A stretch of 64,000 bases of DNA from Clostridium sp. (lineage in GTDB: Bacteria; Bacillota; Clostridia; Clostridiales; Clostridiaceae): assembly GCA_015058375.1 (NCBI GenBank), contig SVCK01000150.1, positions 2,472 through 66,471 of the forward strand. The letters are read 5' to 3'. The notes under the pieces are model-generated. The model saw nothing but the letters and a program-made list of their open reading frames with translations, did not search any database and was not told the origin of the DNA. Within the stretch, counting starts at the first letter, position 1; every line of letters begins with the position of its first letter. The position numbers and the translations under genes were made by a program. Shown piece after piece: positions 51,242 to 62,800 of this stretch.

Positions 51242-53476
51242 TTATAGATAAGTCATTTCATTCTCACTATCTATATCCTTATTACCAATTTCAATTATAT
51301 TTTTCTCTTCTTTACGAATAAAATTTCCTTGTTGCATTTCCCACAAATTATAATAATATCCTTTTTGTTGCAACAAATATTCATGTGTTCCTGTTTCTAC
51401 TATTTCACCTTTATCCATAACAATTATTTGATCACAATTCTTTACAGTTGATAATCTATGAGCAACTATTAGCATAGACTTATTTTTATATTTGTTGTAT
51501 ATCATATCAAATATTACATTTTCTGTGGCAAAATCTAAATTACTTGTACTTTCATCAAGAACATATAATTCATTCTTTTTAAGAAATGCCCTTGCTAGTG
51601 CAATTCTCTGTTTTTCACCACCACTCAACCCATTTCCTGCCTCTTCAAGATAAGTACTATATTGTCTTGGAAGGCGTGATATAAATTCATGGGCATCAGC
51701 TGCTTTAGCTGCTTCTATAACATCATCTAAAGTAGAATCCATCTTACTTATTCTTATATTGTCATATATACTCTTAGAAAAAAGTTCAATATTTTGCGGA
51801 ACATATGAAATTGCTTTTCTTATTGAATAATTATTATATTCATTTATATTAATATCATTTATAGTAATTTCTCCTGCCTCTATTTGATAATATTTTAGCA
51901 ATAATTTAACTATAGTTGACTTACCGCTTCCACTTCCTCCTACTAAAGCTACCTTTTTACCTTTAGGTATAGTAAAACTAATATTCTTAAGTACAGGACT
52001 TCTATTTCCATATCTAAAAGTTACATTTTTAAATTTTATATCTCCATCAATCTTATCAATATCTTGGTATACTTGTTCTAATTTCTTCTGTTCAACTTCA
52101 TAATCTAATATCTCAGAAATTCTTTTCATAGAAATATTAGCTTCTTGTATCTGCAATTGCAATCCTACAAGTCTCCCAACTGGACCCATAAAATATCCTG
52201 ATAAAGTAATAAATGCCATCATACTACCTAAAGTAATATTATTATTCATAACTTGCATTACTGCAAAATATGTAAGTATTAAATTACCTATTGCAGATAT
52301 AAGCTGAGATATTATTCCTTGAATATTACATAACATTCCTTCTTTAAAACTAATTCTTAAAGATTTTATATATTCCCTCTCAATATTTTCCAATTCGATC
52401 TCTTCATTTGCATTGCCTTTTATTGTCTCTACAGCTCTCAAACCTTCTATTATTTCTGAATTAAGAGTTGACTCTTGTTGCATCTGCTCCTCATTTATGT
52501 TTTTATACGGTCTCTTAAAAATATATACAAGAATTATATTTATTATAGTCATGGCAAAAATTATGAAAAATAAATTTGAATTCATTCTAAATAATATAAT
52601 TCCAGTAACTAATGTCATAAAAACATCTAACACTAAAGTTAAAGCTATATTCGTAAAAATATTTTTTATTGTAAATGCATCTGTAAATCTAGTTATAATA
52701 TCACCTGTTTTTCGTGTAGAAAAAAACTTCATTGGAAGTTTATAAATATGTTCAAAATATCCAAGCATCAATGGTATATCTATCTTTTGAGACAGAAATA
52801 ACATCATCCACTGTCTTACAAATGCTATAATAATCTGAGTTATTGAAATAATAGCAAAAACAATTAATCCTACTAACAAAGTATTTTTTAATTTATATGG
52901 TAATATTTCATCCATTATTATTTTATTAAATAAAGAAGATACAATGCCTAACGCTGTCATAATAACTGAGGCTATAACAGAATATATAAACAACTTTTTC
53001 TGAGGCATAGCAATTCTTATAAATCTTGAAATTACCTTTTCACCTTTTATGCTATCTTTCACAAACTCTTCTCCAGGCTTAAGAATAAGCAACACTCCAG
53101 TAAATCCTTGATAAAATTCATCTATTGATACTTTCATCACCTTTTTAGCTGGATCTCCAACTATTACATATTTATTTGTAATTTTATATATAACTACAAA
53201 ATGAGTCATTCCTTCCTTAGTAATCATATTAGCTATTGTAGGTAGAGTAAACTTACTTTGAAAACTTTCTCTATCAACTCTAACTGGTTGAGATACAAAG
53301 CCTAATTTTTCAGCACAATTATTTAATCCTAAAAGATTAGTTCCTTTTAAATCTGTTCCCATTAGATCTCTTAATTTAGTTATAGTAGTTTCTTTTTTAT
53401 AATATAAACAAATCATTGCCAAACATGCAGCTGCACAATCAGTTGCATCATGTTGCTTAACAAAATTATATTTCAT
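51242..53476 (-). CDS. Peptidase C39-containing ABC transporter (PCAT) 1
   Basis: QHDATDCAAAC, HFVV, GDP; GGSGSGKST, LSGGEKQR. Confidence 0.95.
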   Translation of the reverse strand: MKYNFVKQHDATDCAAACLAMICLYYKKETTITKLRDLMGTDLKGTNLLGLNNCAEKLGFVSQPVRVDRESFQSKFTLPTIANMITKEGMTHFVVIYKITNKYVIVGDPAKKVMKVSIDEFYQGFTGVLLILKPGEEFVKDSIKGEKVISRFIRIAMPQKKLFIYSVIASVIMTALGIVSSLFNKIIMDEILPYKLKNTLLVGLIVFAIISITQIIIAFVRQWMMLFLSQKIDIPLMLGYFEHIYKLPMKFFSTRKTGDIITRFTDAFTIKNIFTNIALTLVLDVFMTLVTGIILFRMNSNLFFIIFAMTIINIILVYIFKRPYKNINEEQMQQESTLNSEIIEGLRAVETIKGNANEEIELENIEREYIKSLRISFKEGMLCNIQGIISQLISAIGNLILTYFAVMQVMNNNITLGSMMAFITLSGYFMGPVGRLVGLQLQIQEANISMKRISEILDYEVEQKKLEQVYQDIDKIDGDIKFKNVTFRYGNRSPVLKNISFTIPKGKKVALVGGSGSGKSTIVKLLLKYYQIEAGEITINDININEYNNYSIRKAISYVPQNIELFSKSIYDNIRISKMDSTLDDVIEAAKAADAHEFISRLPRQYSTYLEEAGNGLSGGEKQRIALARAFLKKNELYVLDESTSNLDFATENVIFDMIYNKYKNKSMLIVAHRLSTVKNCDQIIVMDKGEIVETGTHEYLLQQKGYYYNLWEMQQGNFIRKEEKNIIEIGNKDIDSENEMTYL

Positions 53477-53518
53477 GTATCCCCCTAATTCTACTTTTAT
53501 ATCCTTTTTGTTGCAATA

Positions 53519-53547
53519 ATTATACTATTTTCCTTTTTTTGCGTCAA
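53519..53547 (-). promoter_or_regulatory. Near-consensus sigma-A promoter of the PCAT 1 operon
   Basis: Minus strand TTGACG-17-TATAAT. Confidence 0.65.
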
Positions 53548-53647
53548 CTGTATTTATTATTCTTTTTTTAATTAAAACAAAAAATAAGATTTTTCCAAAA
53601 TAAATTTTATTTATTACACCTATTTTGAAAAAATCTCATATTTTTAA

Positions 53648-54109
53648 TTATTGTAATAGCTTAATTATCTTAGATATATTTTCTTTATCTTCATAATTAT
53701 CAGCTATTTTATACATAAGCTCTGAAACTTCTGGCTTTTGAAAAACTTCTTTAAACTTTGCTTTATCATTATAAATAACTTCCTCAATTTTTATGCACAA
53801 AGCTGGTAATCCTAAATTTCTCTCATCCAATACAGCATCTTCACCATTATGTAAATAACAATATGCATTGTGAGCTGCAACAATACTACTTATCTGACTT
53901 GCAAAAGCTGCTTCATCATCTACATTTCCATTCATTCCTGCAAATGACTGCAAATTACTTGTAATATCATGCCTTAAAAAATCGCTTAATTCATTATTCG
54001 TTCCTTTTTTAGTACTATTATTTTTATAACTATAAAAATTAAATCCTAAAGACATCAAAAGCAATATAGCCAACAATATTACTTTTACATCCTTTTTCCC
54101 AAATTTCAT
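53648..54109 (-). CDS. Membrane-anchored hypothetical protein
   Basis: N-terminal TM helix; GGGGG RBS. Confidence 0.7.
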   Translation of the reverse strand: MKFGKKDVKVILLAILLLMSLGFNFYSYKNNSTKKGTNNELSDFLRHDITSNLQSFAGMNGNVDDEAAFASQISSIVAAHNAYCYLHNGEDAVLDERNLGLPALCIKIEEVIYNDKAKFKEVFQKPEVSELMYKIADNYEDKENISKIIKLLQ

Positions 54110-54226
54110 TCATATCCCCCATTTTCATTAATTATATACTTTTTATACCACAAAACAAGTATTTGTACAACGATTTCATATATAAAAGTTTTTAATAATC
54201 CATATTTTCCCCACTAAACAAGGAAA

Positions 54227-54268
54227 AAATAACTCAACGTCTGTAACAAAACAGGCATTGAGTTATTT
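54227..54268 (-). terminator. Intrinsic terminator of the hydrolase operon
   Basis: Minus strand AAUAACUCAAUGCCUG...CAGACGUUGAGUUAUUUUUU. Confidence 0.7.
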
Positions 54269-54283
54269 ATAAATATTTTAAAC

Positions 54284-55057
54284 TTACAGTTCAAATCTAT
54301 CCTTAAATTCGTTATAAACCTCTGGTAGAATTTCTGCCAAATGTGTAAATTCCTTTACATTATGAGTAAGAAGTGCCTTTGCAAAGCCATCTTCTGGATT
54401 AAATCCTTCAATTCTTACAGGCTTGTTATCCTTTATGTCATATCCAATCCAAAATCTAGTTCTAAGTTCTGAACCATCTTCTGTAGGACGAACAAAATGT
54501 GACATAACAATTGGACCTGGAGTACAAACTATTGTTCCTTTGAAATTCTTCAATTTTTCAGGATCATAACCTATTGTTTCAGGAGGAACAAATTGTATGC
54601 AAACATCCATAGGTTCTTGTCCATCTACCAATGCTTCTTTTACATCATGAGTTGTATTCCAATAACGTTCCTTCATTGATAAATTTTCATTTAAAGAAAT
54701 TTCTGGATTTCTAGTTTGACAATAATAATGATCATCCTTATCCCATATCTTATAACGCATAGAGCCAAGACCATGCCATGCAAACCACCAATCAAACATT
54801 TCAGGAGTTACTCCTGGCATTTTTGTCAAGTTTGCAACCATAATACCACCATCTTTAAGCTTATACCATCCGAATTCTCCTGGTAAATATCCTGGTTCAA
54901 AAAGTTTATTCATTTCTGTTGGTAAAAGTCCATTTTCAGATTCAAATGAACCACTCATAATTCTATTAAGTACATCTTCTGGAACTTTTGCAATTTCCCT
55001 TTCAAAGTACTTATACAATGGAGATTTCTTTTCTTCTTCACTTAAATTTACTGTCAT
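54284..55057 (-). CDS. DAPG hydrolase PhlG / phloretin hydrolase family C-C hydrolase
   Basis: MPGVTPEMFDWWFAWH, RYKIW..DH, HDVKE, ELRTRFWIG, HNVKEFTHLA.ILP. Confidence 0.88.
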   Translation of the reverse strand: MTVNLSEEEKKSPLYKYFEREIAKVPEDVLNRIMSGSFESENGLLPTEMNKLFEPGYLPGEFGWYKLKDGGIMVANLTKMPGVTPEMFDWWFAWHGLGSMRYKIWDKDDHYYCQTRNPEISLNENLSMKERYWNTTHDVKEALVDGQEPMDVCIQFVPPETIGYDPEKLKNFKGTIVCTPGPIVMSHFVRPTEDGSELRTRFWIGYDIKDNKPVRIEGFNPEDGFAKALLTHNVKEFTHLAEILPEVYNEFKDRFEL

Positions 55058-55061
55058 TTTA

Positions 55062-57080
55062 CTACTCCTTAATAAATTCTATTGATTCCTTAGATGCACC
55101 AATCTTAAGTGCTGCTATATAACCACTTCTTGTACATTGATCTACCTTACCTGGTTTTATAGCATCTCCTACTATATACACATCAGCATTTCCTGCTGCT
55201 TCTTTAAGTGCAGAATAATCAACACTCTTCATTCCAAGAGCAAATAAAATAGTATCTGCTTCAATTTCTTGTACTCCATCTGCATTTTCAATCTTTACAC
55301 TATGTTCTGTAATTTCAAGACACTTTGTCTTTGGAAGCATTCCCATGTTATTCTTTTCCATTTCCCAAATAAGTGCTTCACGATACATACCAAAAGACTC
55401 ATTTGCTAAACGATCTAACATTTCTACAACAGTTACTTCATGTCCTGTTTTTTGTAAGAATAGACCTGTTTCACAACCTACAAGTCCTCCACCTATCATT
55501 ACTACTTTCTTTCCTGGTTTACATGTTCCATCATAAACTGACATAGCTTGTTTTGCATTTTCAATTCCTTTAATTGGAGGACATGTTGGAATAGATCCTG
55601 TTGCAAGTACAACTGCATCTGCTCCAAATTCTTTTATGAATTCAGGTGTTGCTTCTGTATTTAATAAAACTTCTACGTTTGTATCATTTAATTCACGAAT
55701 CATTGTATCCTTAAAGTTACGTAAGTCTGGCTTATCTATATCAACATCTGTAAAGTATAATAATCCGCCTAATTTATCAGATTTTTCTACAAGTGTAACC
55801 TTATGTCCACGTTGTGATGCAGTTATTGCAGTTTGAATACCAGCTATTCCACCACCTACAACAAGAACCTTTTGTGGACCATTTTCTGCTGCTGGAAGTT
55901 GTTGAATATCAAATGGTAAGTGTGCCATTGGATTAATTGTACAATGTCCTACATAAAGAGCTAATTCTTCACTTGTAAATGGAAGATCATCATATCCTTC
56001 TTCTGGTGAACCTGGGAAGCACTTATAACATCTTAAACAACGATGAATTCTATCTTCTTTTCCATCGATACATTTTTGAGCAAAGTTTGGATCAGCTAAC
56101 ATTTGACGTCCTAATACTATGAAATCAATTTTTCCATTTGCAATTGCTTCTTCTGCTTGTTCTGGTGAATTAATACCACCTACAACCCCTACTGGAAGGC
56201 TTGTATACTTCTTAACAATGGCAGCTTGTTCAATATTTAATCCATGATCATGGAACATACTTGATTCTGTTCCTGATTTAACAGATTCAGCGTAAATACC
56301 ACATGTAATATGTACAGATGTAAGATATTGTTCTACCATTTTAATAAATTCACCTGTTTCTTCTGGTGTTATACCACCTGGTTGATGGTCTGTTCCATCT
56401 ATACGTAATTCAAATAAGAAATCAGGTCCAACAGCTTCACGAATAGCCTTACATACTTGAATTGGGAATTTAGCACGATTTTCTAAGCTTCCGCCATATT
56501 CATCTGTTCTTTTATTCATTAATGGTGAAAGGAATTGAGTGAAAATAAAACCATGTCCACCATGCACTAAGATTCCATCAAATCCAGCTTTTTGCATATA
56601 TGTTGCAGCTACTGCAAATTCATTTGCTATACGATCCATATCCTCTTTTGTCATAGCACGTACTTTTATACCTGCTAAATTTACTGTTTCGCATGGTCCA
56701 ACAGCTTCTTCTTCTGGTGAAAAAGGAACTTTTTCAAGCCCACAGTGTACTAATTCTGCAAGAGCAATACAATCATGTTTTTTTATACGGTCTGCATATG
56801 TCTTAATAGCATTAAATGTATCCATATCTTCTTCTGGTTTTGCAAAATCAAACTTTCTAAATCCAGGAATACGTATTGAATCTGTAAAGTTTACATCTGT
56901 TTCTCCAAGAACAACGCAAGCATTTCCTCCTTTTGCTGGTCCTTCAAGTTTTCTATATGATACCTCTGCAGCTATTGGATTTTGTGCTACTAAACTAAAT
57001 GCCATTGGTGCACTTACAATACGATTTTTATAAATTCTATTTCCTACTTTCATAGGACTTAATAAATGTTTAAATTCCAT
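55062..57080 (-). CDS. NADH:flavin oxidoreductase (OYE barrel + 4Fe-4S + FAD domain; enoate-reductase-like)
   Basis: KNRIVSAPM, HGGHGF, FLSP..NKRTDEYGGS.ENR, CLRCYKC...C, two GGG..G Rossmann motifs; AGGAG RBS. Confidence 0.92.
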   Translation of the reverse strand: MEFKHLLSPMKVGNRIYKNRIVSAPMAFSLVAQNPIAAEVSYRKLEGPAKGGNACVVLGETDVNFTDSIRIPGFRKFDFAKPEEDMDTFNAIKTYADRIKKHDCIALAELVHCGLEKVPFSPEEEAVGPCETVNLAGIKVRAMTKEDMDRIANEFAVAATYMQKAGFDGILVHGGHGFIFTQFLSPLMNKRTDEYGGSLENRAKFPIQVCKAIREAVGPDFLFELRIDGTDHQPGGITPEETGEFIKMVEQYLTSVHITCGIYAESVKSGTESSMFHDHGLNIEQAAIVKKYTSLPVGVVGGINSPEQAEEAIANGKIDFIVLGRQMLADPNFAQKCIDGKEDRIHRCLRCYKCFPGSPEEGYDDLPFTSEELALYVGHCTINPMAHLPFDIQQLPAAENGPQKVLVVGGGIAGIQTAITASQRGHKVTLVEKSDKLGGLLYFTDVDIDKPDLRNFKDTMIRELNDTNVEVLLNTEATPEFIKEFGADAVVLATGSIPTCPPIKGIENAKQAMSVYDGTCKPGKKVVMIGGGLVGCETGLFLQKTGHEVTVVEMLDRLANESFGMYREALIWEMEKNNMGMLPKTKCLEITEHSVKIENADGVQEIEADTILFALGMKSVDYSALKEAAGNADVYIVGDAIKPGKVDQCTRSGYIAALKIGASKESIEFIKE

Positions 57081-57439
57081 ATTTTCATCTCCTATTACAT
57101 ACATTTATATATATTATTTTCCATGTAATGATATCATACAAAAGATTTCCAGTATATAAATTGTCGATTTTTACCCATTTTTCCCCTTGTAAATGTCAAA
57201 AAAAAGATATTTTGTTTAGGCAAAGTACAATTCAATATATTTATGTCAAATTAATTTTTTCCTTATATTCCTTATGCAATCTCCTTATAAGTTTTATTGA
57301 ATATTTAGCTATATTTTCATACAATGCTATTACATATTACGCTTAAAAACACACAATTTCATGAAAAATCAATTCCCTATTCTTTACTAATATGTTAAAT
57401 TATATTTGTGTATAGTAAAAAATAAAGGAGATGATAAAA

Positions 57440-58765
57440 ATGAATTGTAAATTCAAAACATTACGCAAATTTATATTATTAGGAATTTTAAGTGCAGCTA
57501 CTTTAGCCATACAACCTGCTAACATTGTAAAAGCAGCAACCCCTGGCTCAAAAGCACAAATTTCAGATGGTTGGTATTACTTAAAAAATATTAATTCAGG
57601 TAAATACCTTACAGTAACAAGTAATAAAGCTGAAGCTGGTGCAAATGTTGAAATTTACTCAAATGTAGGTTTAGACGGTCAAAAATGGAAGGTAACAAAT
57701 ACTTCTGACGGATATATTACATTAACAAATGGACTTGGAAACTTTATGTTAGATGTTGCTAACGCTGAAAATAAAGATGGAGCAAATCTTGGTATATATC
57801 ATGCATATTCAGGTGATGCTCAAAAGTTTACTGCAATGTCTACAAACACAGCCAATGTTTATACAATTGGAACAAAGATAAGCAATAATTCAAAAATGCT
57901 TGATGTTTATCAGAGAAGAATCGAAAATGGTACTAACGTATGTCAATGGACTTTTAATGGTGGTACAAATCAACAATGGACTTTTGAACCAACAAATGGC
58001 CAAAGTCAAAAACCTGCTCAACAACCTTCTAATACTTGTGTTCTTCCTAAATGTGATGTAGATAGAAATGGTCCTTTTTCAGTAACTATCGATAGAAACT
58101 TAGGTCCAAACGGAAAAGGAATGATTGTACGACCAACTAATCTTGGAACAAATGGTGTTGCAAAACATCCTATCTTTATTTGGAATCCAGGTGGTGGCGA
58201 CAAACCTACTTTATATGAAGGTCAAATGAAGAGATGGGCTTCTCATGGATTTGTTGTATATAGCGAAGAATCTCAATGGTCTGGTCAACAATGCCCTGAT
58301 GCTTTAAATTGGATTATTCAACAAAATAGTAATTCTTCATGCCCTCTTTTCAATAAGTTAGACACAACTAGAATTGCAGCTGGTGGTTTTTCTCTAGGTT
58401 CTATAGGAGCTTATTCAGTAGCTTCTGACCCAAGAATTAAAACTACAATTCATTGTGATGGTGGTTCTTTTGATGGATCTGGTTCATCAAAATGGAGAAA
58501 TCCTACTTGCGTAATGAATGGATTAAATGATGGAGGACTAGCAGTTAATAATACAAACCGTGATTATGCCAATGCTAAAGTACCAATATGGTATGGTGGT
58601 ATCATTGGTGGTGGACATGGTTCAACTATATGGGATGGTTCAGATGCAATTACTGGATGGCTAAGATGGCAACTTGCTGGAGATGAAAGTATGAGAAACA
58701 TGTTCCTTACTCCAAATGGAAAATTCAATACAGGTAAATTCAAAAGTCAATGGAAAAACTGGTAA
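57440..58765 (+). CDS. Secreted ricin-B (CBM13) + cutinase/PETase-like alpha/beta hydrolase
   Basis: Signal peptide; QKW/QKF/QQW ricin repeats; WASHGFVV, LDTTRIAAGGFSLG, later D and GGGH. Confidence 0.8.
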   Translation: MNCKFKTLRKFILLGILSAATLAIQPANIVKAATPGSKAQISDGWYYLKNINSGKYLTVTSNKAEAGANVEIYSNVGLDGQKWKVTNTSDGYITLTNGLGNFMLDVANAENKDGANLGIYHAYSGDAQKFTAMSTNTANVYTIGTKISNNSKMLDVYQRRIENGTNVCQWTFNGGTNQQWTFEPTNGQSQKPAQQPSNTCVLPKCDVDRNGPFSVTIDRNLGPNGKGMIVRPTNLGTNGVAKHPIFIWNPGGGDKPTLYEGQMKRWASHGFVVYSEESQWSGQQCPDALNWIIQQNSNSSCPLFNKLDTTRIAAGGFSLGSIGAYSVASDPRIKTTIHCDGGSFDGSGSSKWRNPTCVMNGLNDGGLAVNNTNRDYANAKVPIWYGGIIGGGHGSTIWDGSDAITGWLRWQLAGDESMRNMFLTPNGKFNTGKFKSQWKNW

Positions 58766-58798
58766 AAAACAACGTTCCATGCACTATAAAATATTAAT

Positions 58799-58838
58799 AA
58801 AAAAGAACCAAAAGAAAAATCTCTTTTGGTTCTTTTTT
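58799..58838. terminator. Bidirectional terminator
   Basis: AAAAAAGAACCAAAAGA...TCTTTTGGTTCTTTTTT between convergent genes. Confidence 0.8.
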
Positions 58839-58881
58839 ATGCTACAATCATATTTTTGGCATTCATATAGCCCTAATACTT

Positions 58882-59700
58882 TTATAAATCATCAGCTAAT
58901 TTTTCTAATAATCCTGCTGTAGAATTCAATTCATAAATTGAAGCACTTATCTCTTCTAAAGATGCAGATTGATTTTGAGATAGTTCATTAGAACGTTCTA
59001 TTTTTCCATTCATACTGCTAATAGAATTAATTATGTTCTTTATTATCTCATCAACTTGTTTTATTGATTCATTTGAGGAATTAGACAGCTTTCTAATTTC
59101 TTGTGCTACTATAGTAAATCCTCTTCCATTTTCACCAGCTCTAGCTGCTTCTATTGATGCATTTAATCCTAATAAATTAGTTTGAGCAGAAATTCCTTGT
59201 ATAACTTTTACTACTTCTGAACTTCCAGCTGCATCTCTTGTTGTATTTCTACTTTCACTAGCTAACTTTTCATTCATAACTGCAAGTTCTTGAACATTTT
59301 TAGCTATTTCAGAAACACCTTGAGATATTTGAGACAATGATTCTGCTAAATCTTTAGATATATTCAGTACTTTCTTTTTCTTTTTTAAACTTTTACCAAC
59401 TACAAAAACTCCTATAACATTACCCTCATGTTTAATTGGAATTGCATAAGATTTAAATGGTATTCCATACACATGCTCTGGAACTTCCTTTATGATAGTT
59501 TTGCCACTTACTAAAACTTCCTTAACAGCTCCACCATCTGGAATTTTGCTTCCACCTTTTAAGTCAAAATCAAGTTCATCACAATAATCTACATATAAAT
59601 ATTGCTCTGTATCTGCTATCGCCATTGATACTTCATTATCACATACTATTTTCATATACGGAAAAAGATTTCTAAATTGTTCATAAATATTCATACCCAT
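58882..59700 (-). CDS. Soluble methyl-accepting chemotaxis protein
   Basis: [34 protein letters not shown]; no TM helix. Confidence 0.92.
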   Translation of the reverse strand: MGMNIYEQFRNLFPYMKIVCDNEVSMAIADTEQYLYVDYCDELDFDLKGGSKIPDGGAVKEVLVSGKTIIKEVPEHVYGIPFKSYAIPIKHEGNVIGVFVVGKSLKKKKKVLNISKDLAESLSQISQGVSEIAKNVQELAVMNEKLASESRNTTRDAAGSSEVVKVIQGISAQTNLLGLNASIEAARAGENGRGFTIVAQEIRKLSNSSNESIKQVDEIIKNIINSISSMNGKIERSNELSQNQSASLEEISASIYELNSTAGLLEKLADDL

Positions 59701-59883
59701 ATATTCTCACCTCTACTTCTATTCAGCAAAAATTATACCATTGACCTATTTAAAGCGCAAGTGTTTTTCTTTCTTTTTTTAACCAAATACTACTTTATTT
59801 TTAAAAAACAAGCTATTTTTGCTTAATTTTATGATTTTTTTGTAGTAATATGTATCTTTTAAAAATGATATACTATTAAAATT

Positions 59884-62800
59884 CTAATTTTCTTTTACCG
59901 TATTATCTCTTTTTTCTTTTACATAATCAAGAACTGCAATCAACATAGAAAGCCAAAAATCCACTCCAAATACAGCTCCCATTACCCCATAAATATATAG
60001 TTTTTTAAAGTATTCACCAGCAAAAGCTTTAAATAAATTGTGTATTTCTTCAGATTTCATTTTTTCAATTTCATCACATGTTATAGATTTAAGTTCAAAA
60101 CTTTCTAAAATATCTTTTGTATGAACTATTAATGAATCTATAGTAGCTTGTGAAACCCTACTATTTATATCATCCTTAAATTCAGTACTAATTACTGCAA
60201 GATTATCTTTACAAATTTCATCAAATATATTTTCAACCATATTGTTAGTGCAAGCCTTTATGTTTTTATTTTCTAAAATCTTATTAATTATGTTTTCTAT
60301 ATCTGAATTTAACAAATCTCTATTAACAATAGCAGATATTTTTTTACCTTTTAATGATTTTTCATAAACTTCTTTAAGTATATTTAAAGACCCTTTATCT
60401 ATAGCACTACTCTTTATAAATATTTTAACTATATTATCAGACAAAGTTTCTAAATTCTTATCTGATAGACCTCTACATAAATCTTTTACTGTAACTTCAT
60501 TAATCAAATTCTTTAAATTAATTAGTACAACTTCATTTATAAGATTTATATTTTGTAAAAGTAAATTAGTAAAATAATTTATCTCATTTTTAAACTTATT
60601 AAATATTTTTTCTGTACTATCTAAGTTTATATTACTTAAAACATTATAAATATTTAAATCTTTAACTCTATCTATAACTTCTTTTGTTATTACTTTAGTT
60701 ATATTATTAAGTTTTTTGCCTTTCTGTAAATTTGTAAATACTCCATCAATAAATTGTTCAAAATTAACTTCATTTACTCCAAAACTGATATCTATCAATT
60801 TTATAGTATATATTTGATTTGTTAGTACATCAGAAATCATATCTTGAACTTCATTTACTTTTTCATCAATAAATAATGGTAAATTTTTATTTATTAAAAT
60901 ATGAGTACATCTATCTACAACTGCATCTCCATTCGCCATAGCATAACCAATCTTTTGGAAAAAATTAAGTTTAGAACTTATATTATCTTTTATAAGATAT
61001 CCAATATTATCTTCATTTTCAGTTATTACACTATTAATTTTATTAACAATAAATTGAGTTAACTTATTAAAGTTTTTATCAACAGCCTTCTGTACTATAC
61101 CATCAAATACATTACCAATAGTTTGCTCTTGATCTAATTCTATTGTTAACATTTCTCTGATTTTACAGTTTAAAACGAACTTTAAATCATTATATAAAAA
61201 TTCTTCCATTTTACTTGAAATATTTTTTTCCAAAGAACTTATCATATCTTCAGATATAATATCTGAAATTTCTCTATCTATATAACTTTTATATATGTCG
61301 TTATATTTAATAAAAAGCATCTTTACATTTTCTTGGTTAATTAATTCTTTTGTTTTTTCATTAATCAATAATTCTACTTTGTCTTCTACAACTTCCATTA
61401 GTTCTTTTGGCAAAAACTCTATTACAGTATTATTAGAATTCATTTTACCTTCTATAAACTTGACTAGATATTTTTTAATAGAATTACTATTCTGCTTAAT
61501 ACTCAAAGAAATTTTACTTAATATATTAGTTGAAACAGAAATTTCATTTTCACAAATAATATTTGAAATCATACTATTTGCATTACCTTTATTTAAAAAA
61601 GATAATATTTTATTATAAAAATAGTTACATATTAAATTTTTATTTTTAACAACATTGCTATTTATGATCTTATAGTTATCGCTACTTATAAAATTCATAG
61701 CTTCTAAATACATATCATTTCTCTTATTATTAAATAATTTATGAATTCTTCCTGCGTTTAAAATATCATTATCTATTACATTTCCAATTCCATTTGCAAG
61801 ACTTTCTTTATGAGATGGAATATAACCCAAAGCAAATTTTCTAAAGAATGGTATTTTAGATAACACTTTATTCTTTTTATATGGCTTAAATAACATAGCA
61901 ATTGCTATTACATTAGTTGCAACTCCAATGCCTCCCATTAATATTACTGAACCAATTACTCCTATTAGACTGTAATAATATCCTTCAAAGCCTATGTTTC
62001 TAAAACATAATGCAAAAATCAATCCTCCTACAAAACCTAACATTCCTCCAAATATAGAAAGAGGTTTAAGTTCTGTTCCCATAAATCTTTGAGCCATATC
62101 ACAAATTTCATCTTCTTCATACTGAATTAAATTATCGTACACCATTTTTTTAATTCTTCCATGTAAAAAATCTTCTACTTTATCTTCAAGATATTTCAAC
62201 GATACTTCATTTAAACAATGCATATTTTCTTTATTTACAGCAAAATTCTTTATAACAGATGAAACTTGAATTGTTCTAGTCCTTTCTAAAAGTTCATCTT
62301 GTAAATTCAAAATTTTATTTTTCACATCACTACTTTCAGCAATATTTTTAAATTTGAAATCATTAATAAAGCCTTTTATCAAACCACTTAAATACACTTT
62401 GATTTTTTCTTCATTATTAATAACAACTTGTTTTATGCTATTTTTACTTCTACCTTTTATATTTTCTATAAAATCTTCACTTATAATTGCTTTTAAATTC
62501 TTCTTATAAATAGCATTAATTTCACTCTTCATCTTGCTATATGACGTTGAAACAATAAATTCCTTAATTTTTTCTTTATGTTTTAAAACAAGATTATAAA
62601 CATTTACTTTACTTTTAACATCTAAAAAATTATTAAAATCATATTTTATAAAATCAGAAACTAATCTACCTTTTTGCTTTTTTATAATACTTAAAATCAA
62701 GTCATTATTATCAGACAAATATGTAATTATTATTGTACATAAATTATTTATAATTTTATCATTAAGAATATTATTTTTCTCTAAAGAAGTTATAATCTCA

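Noticed and set aside
57128-57346. 72-aa ORF in the divergent promoter region
   Set aside because: No RBS and no recognisable composition or motif.
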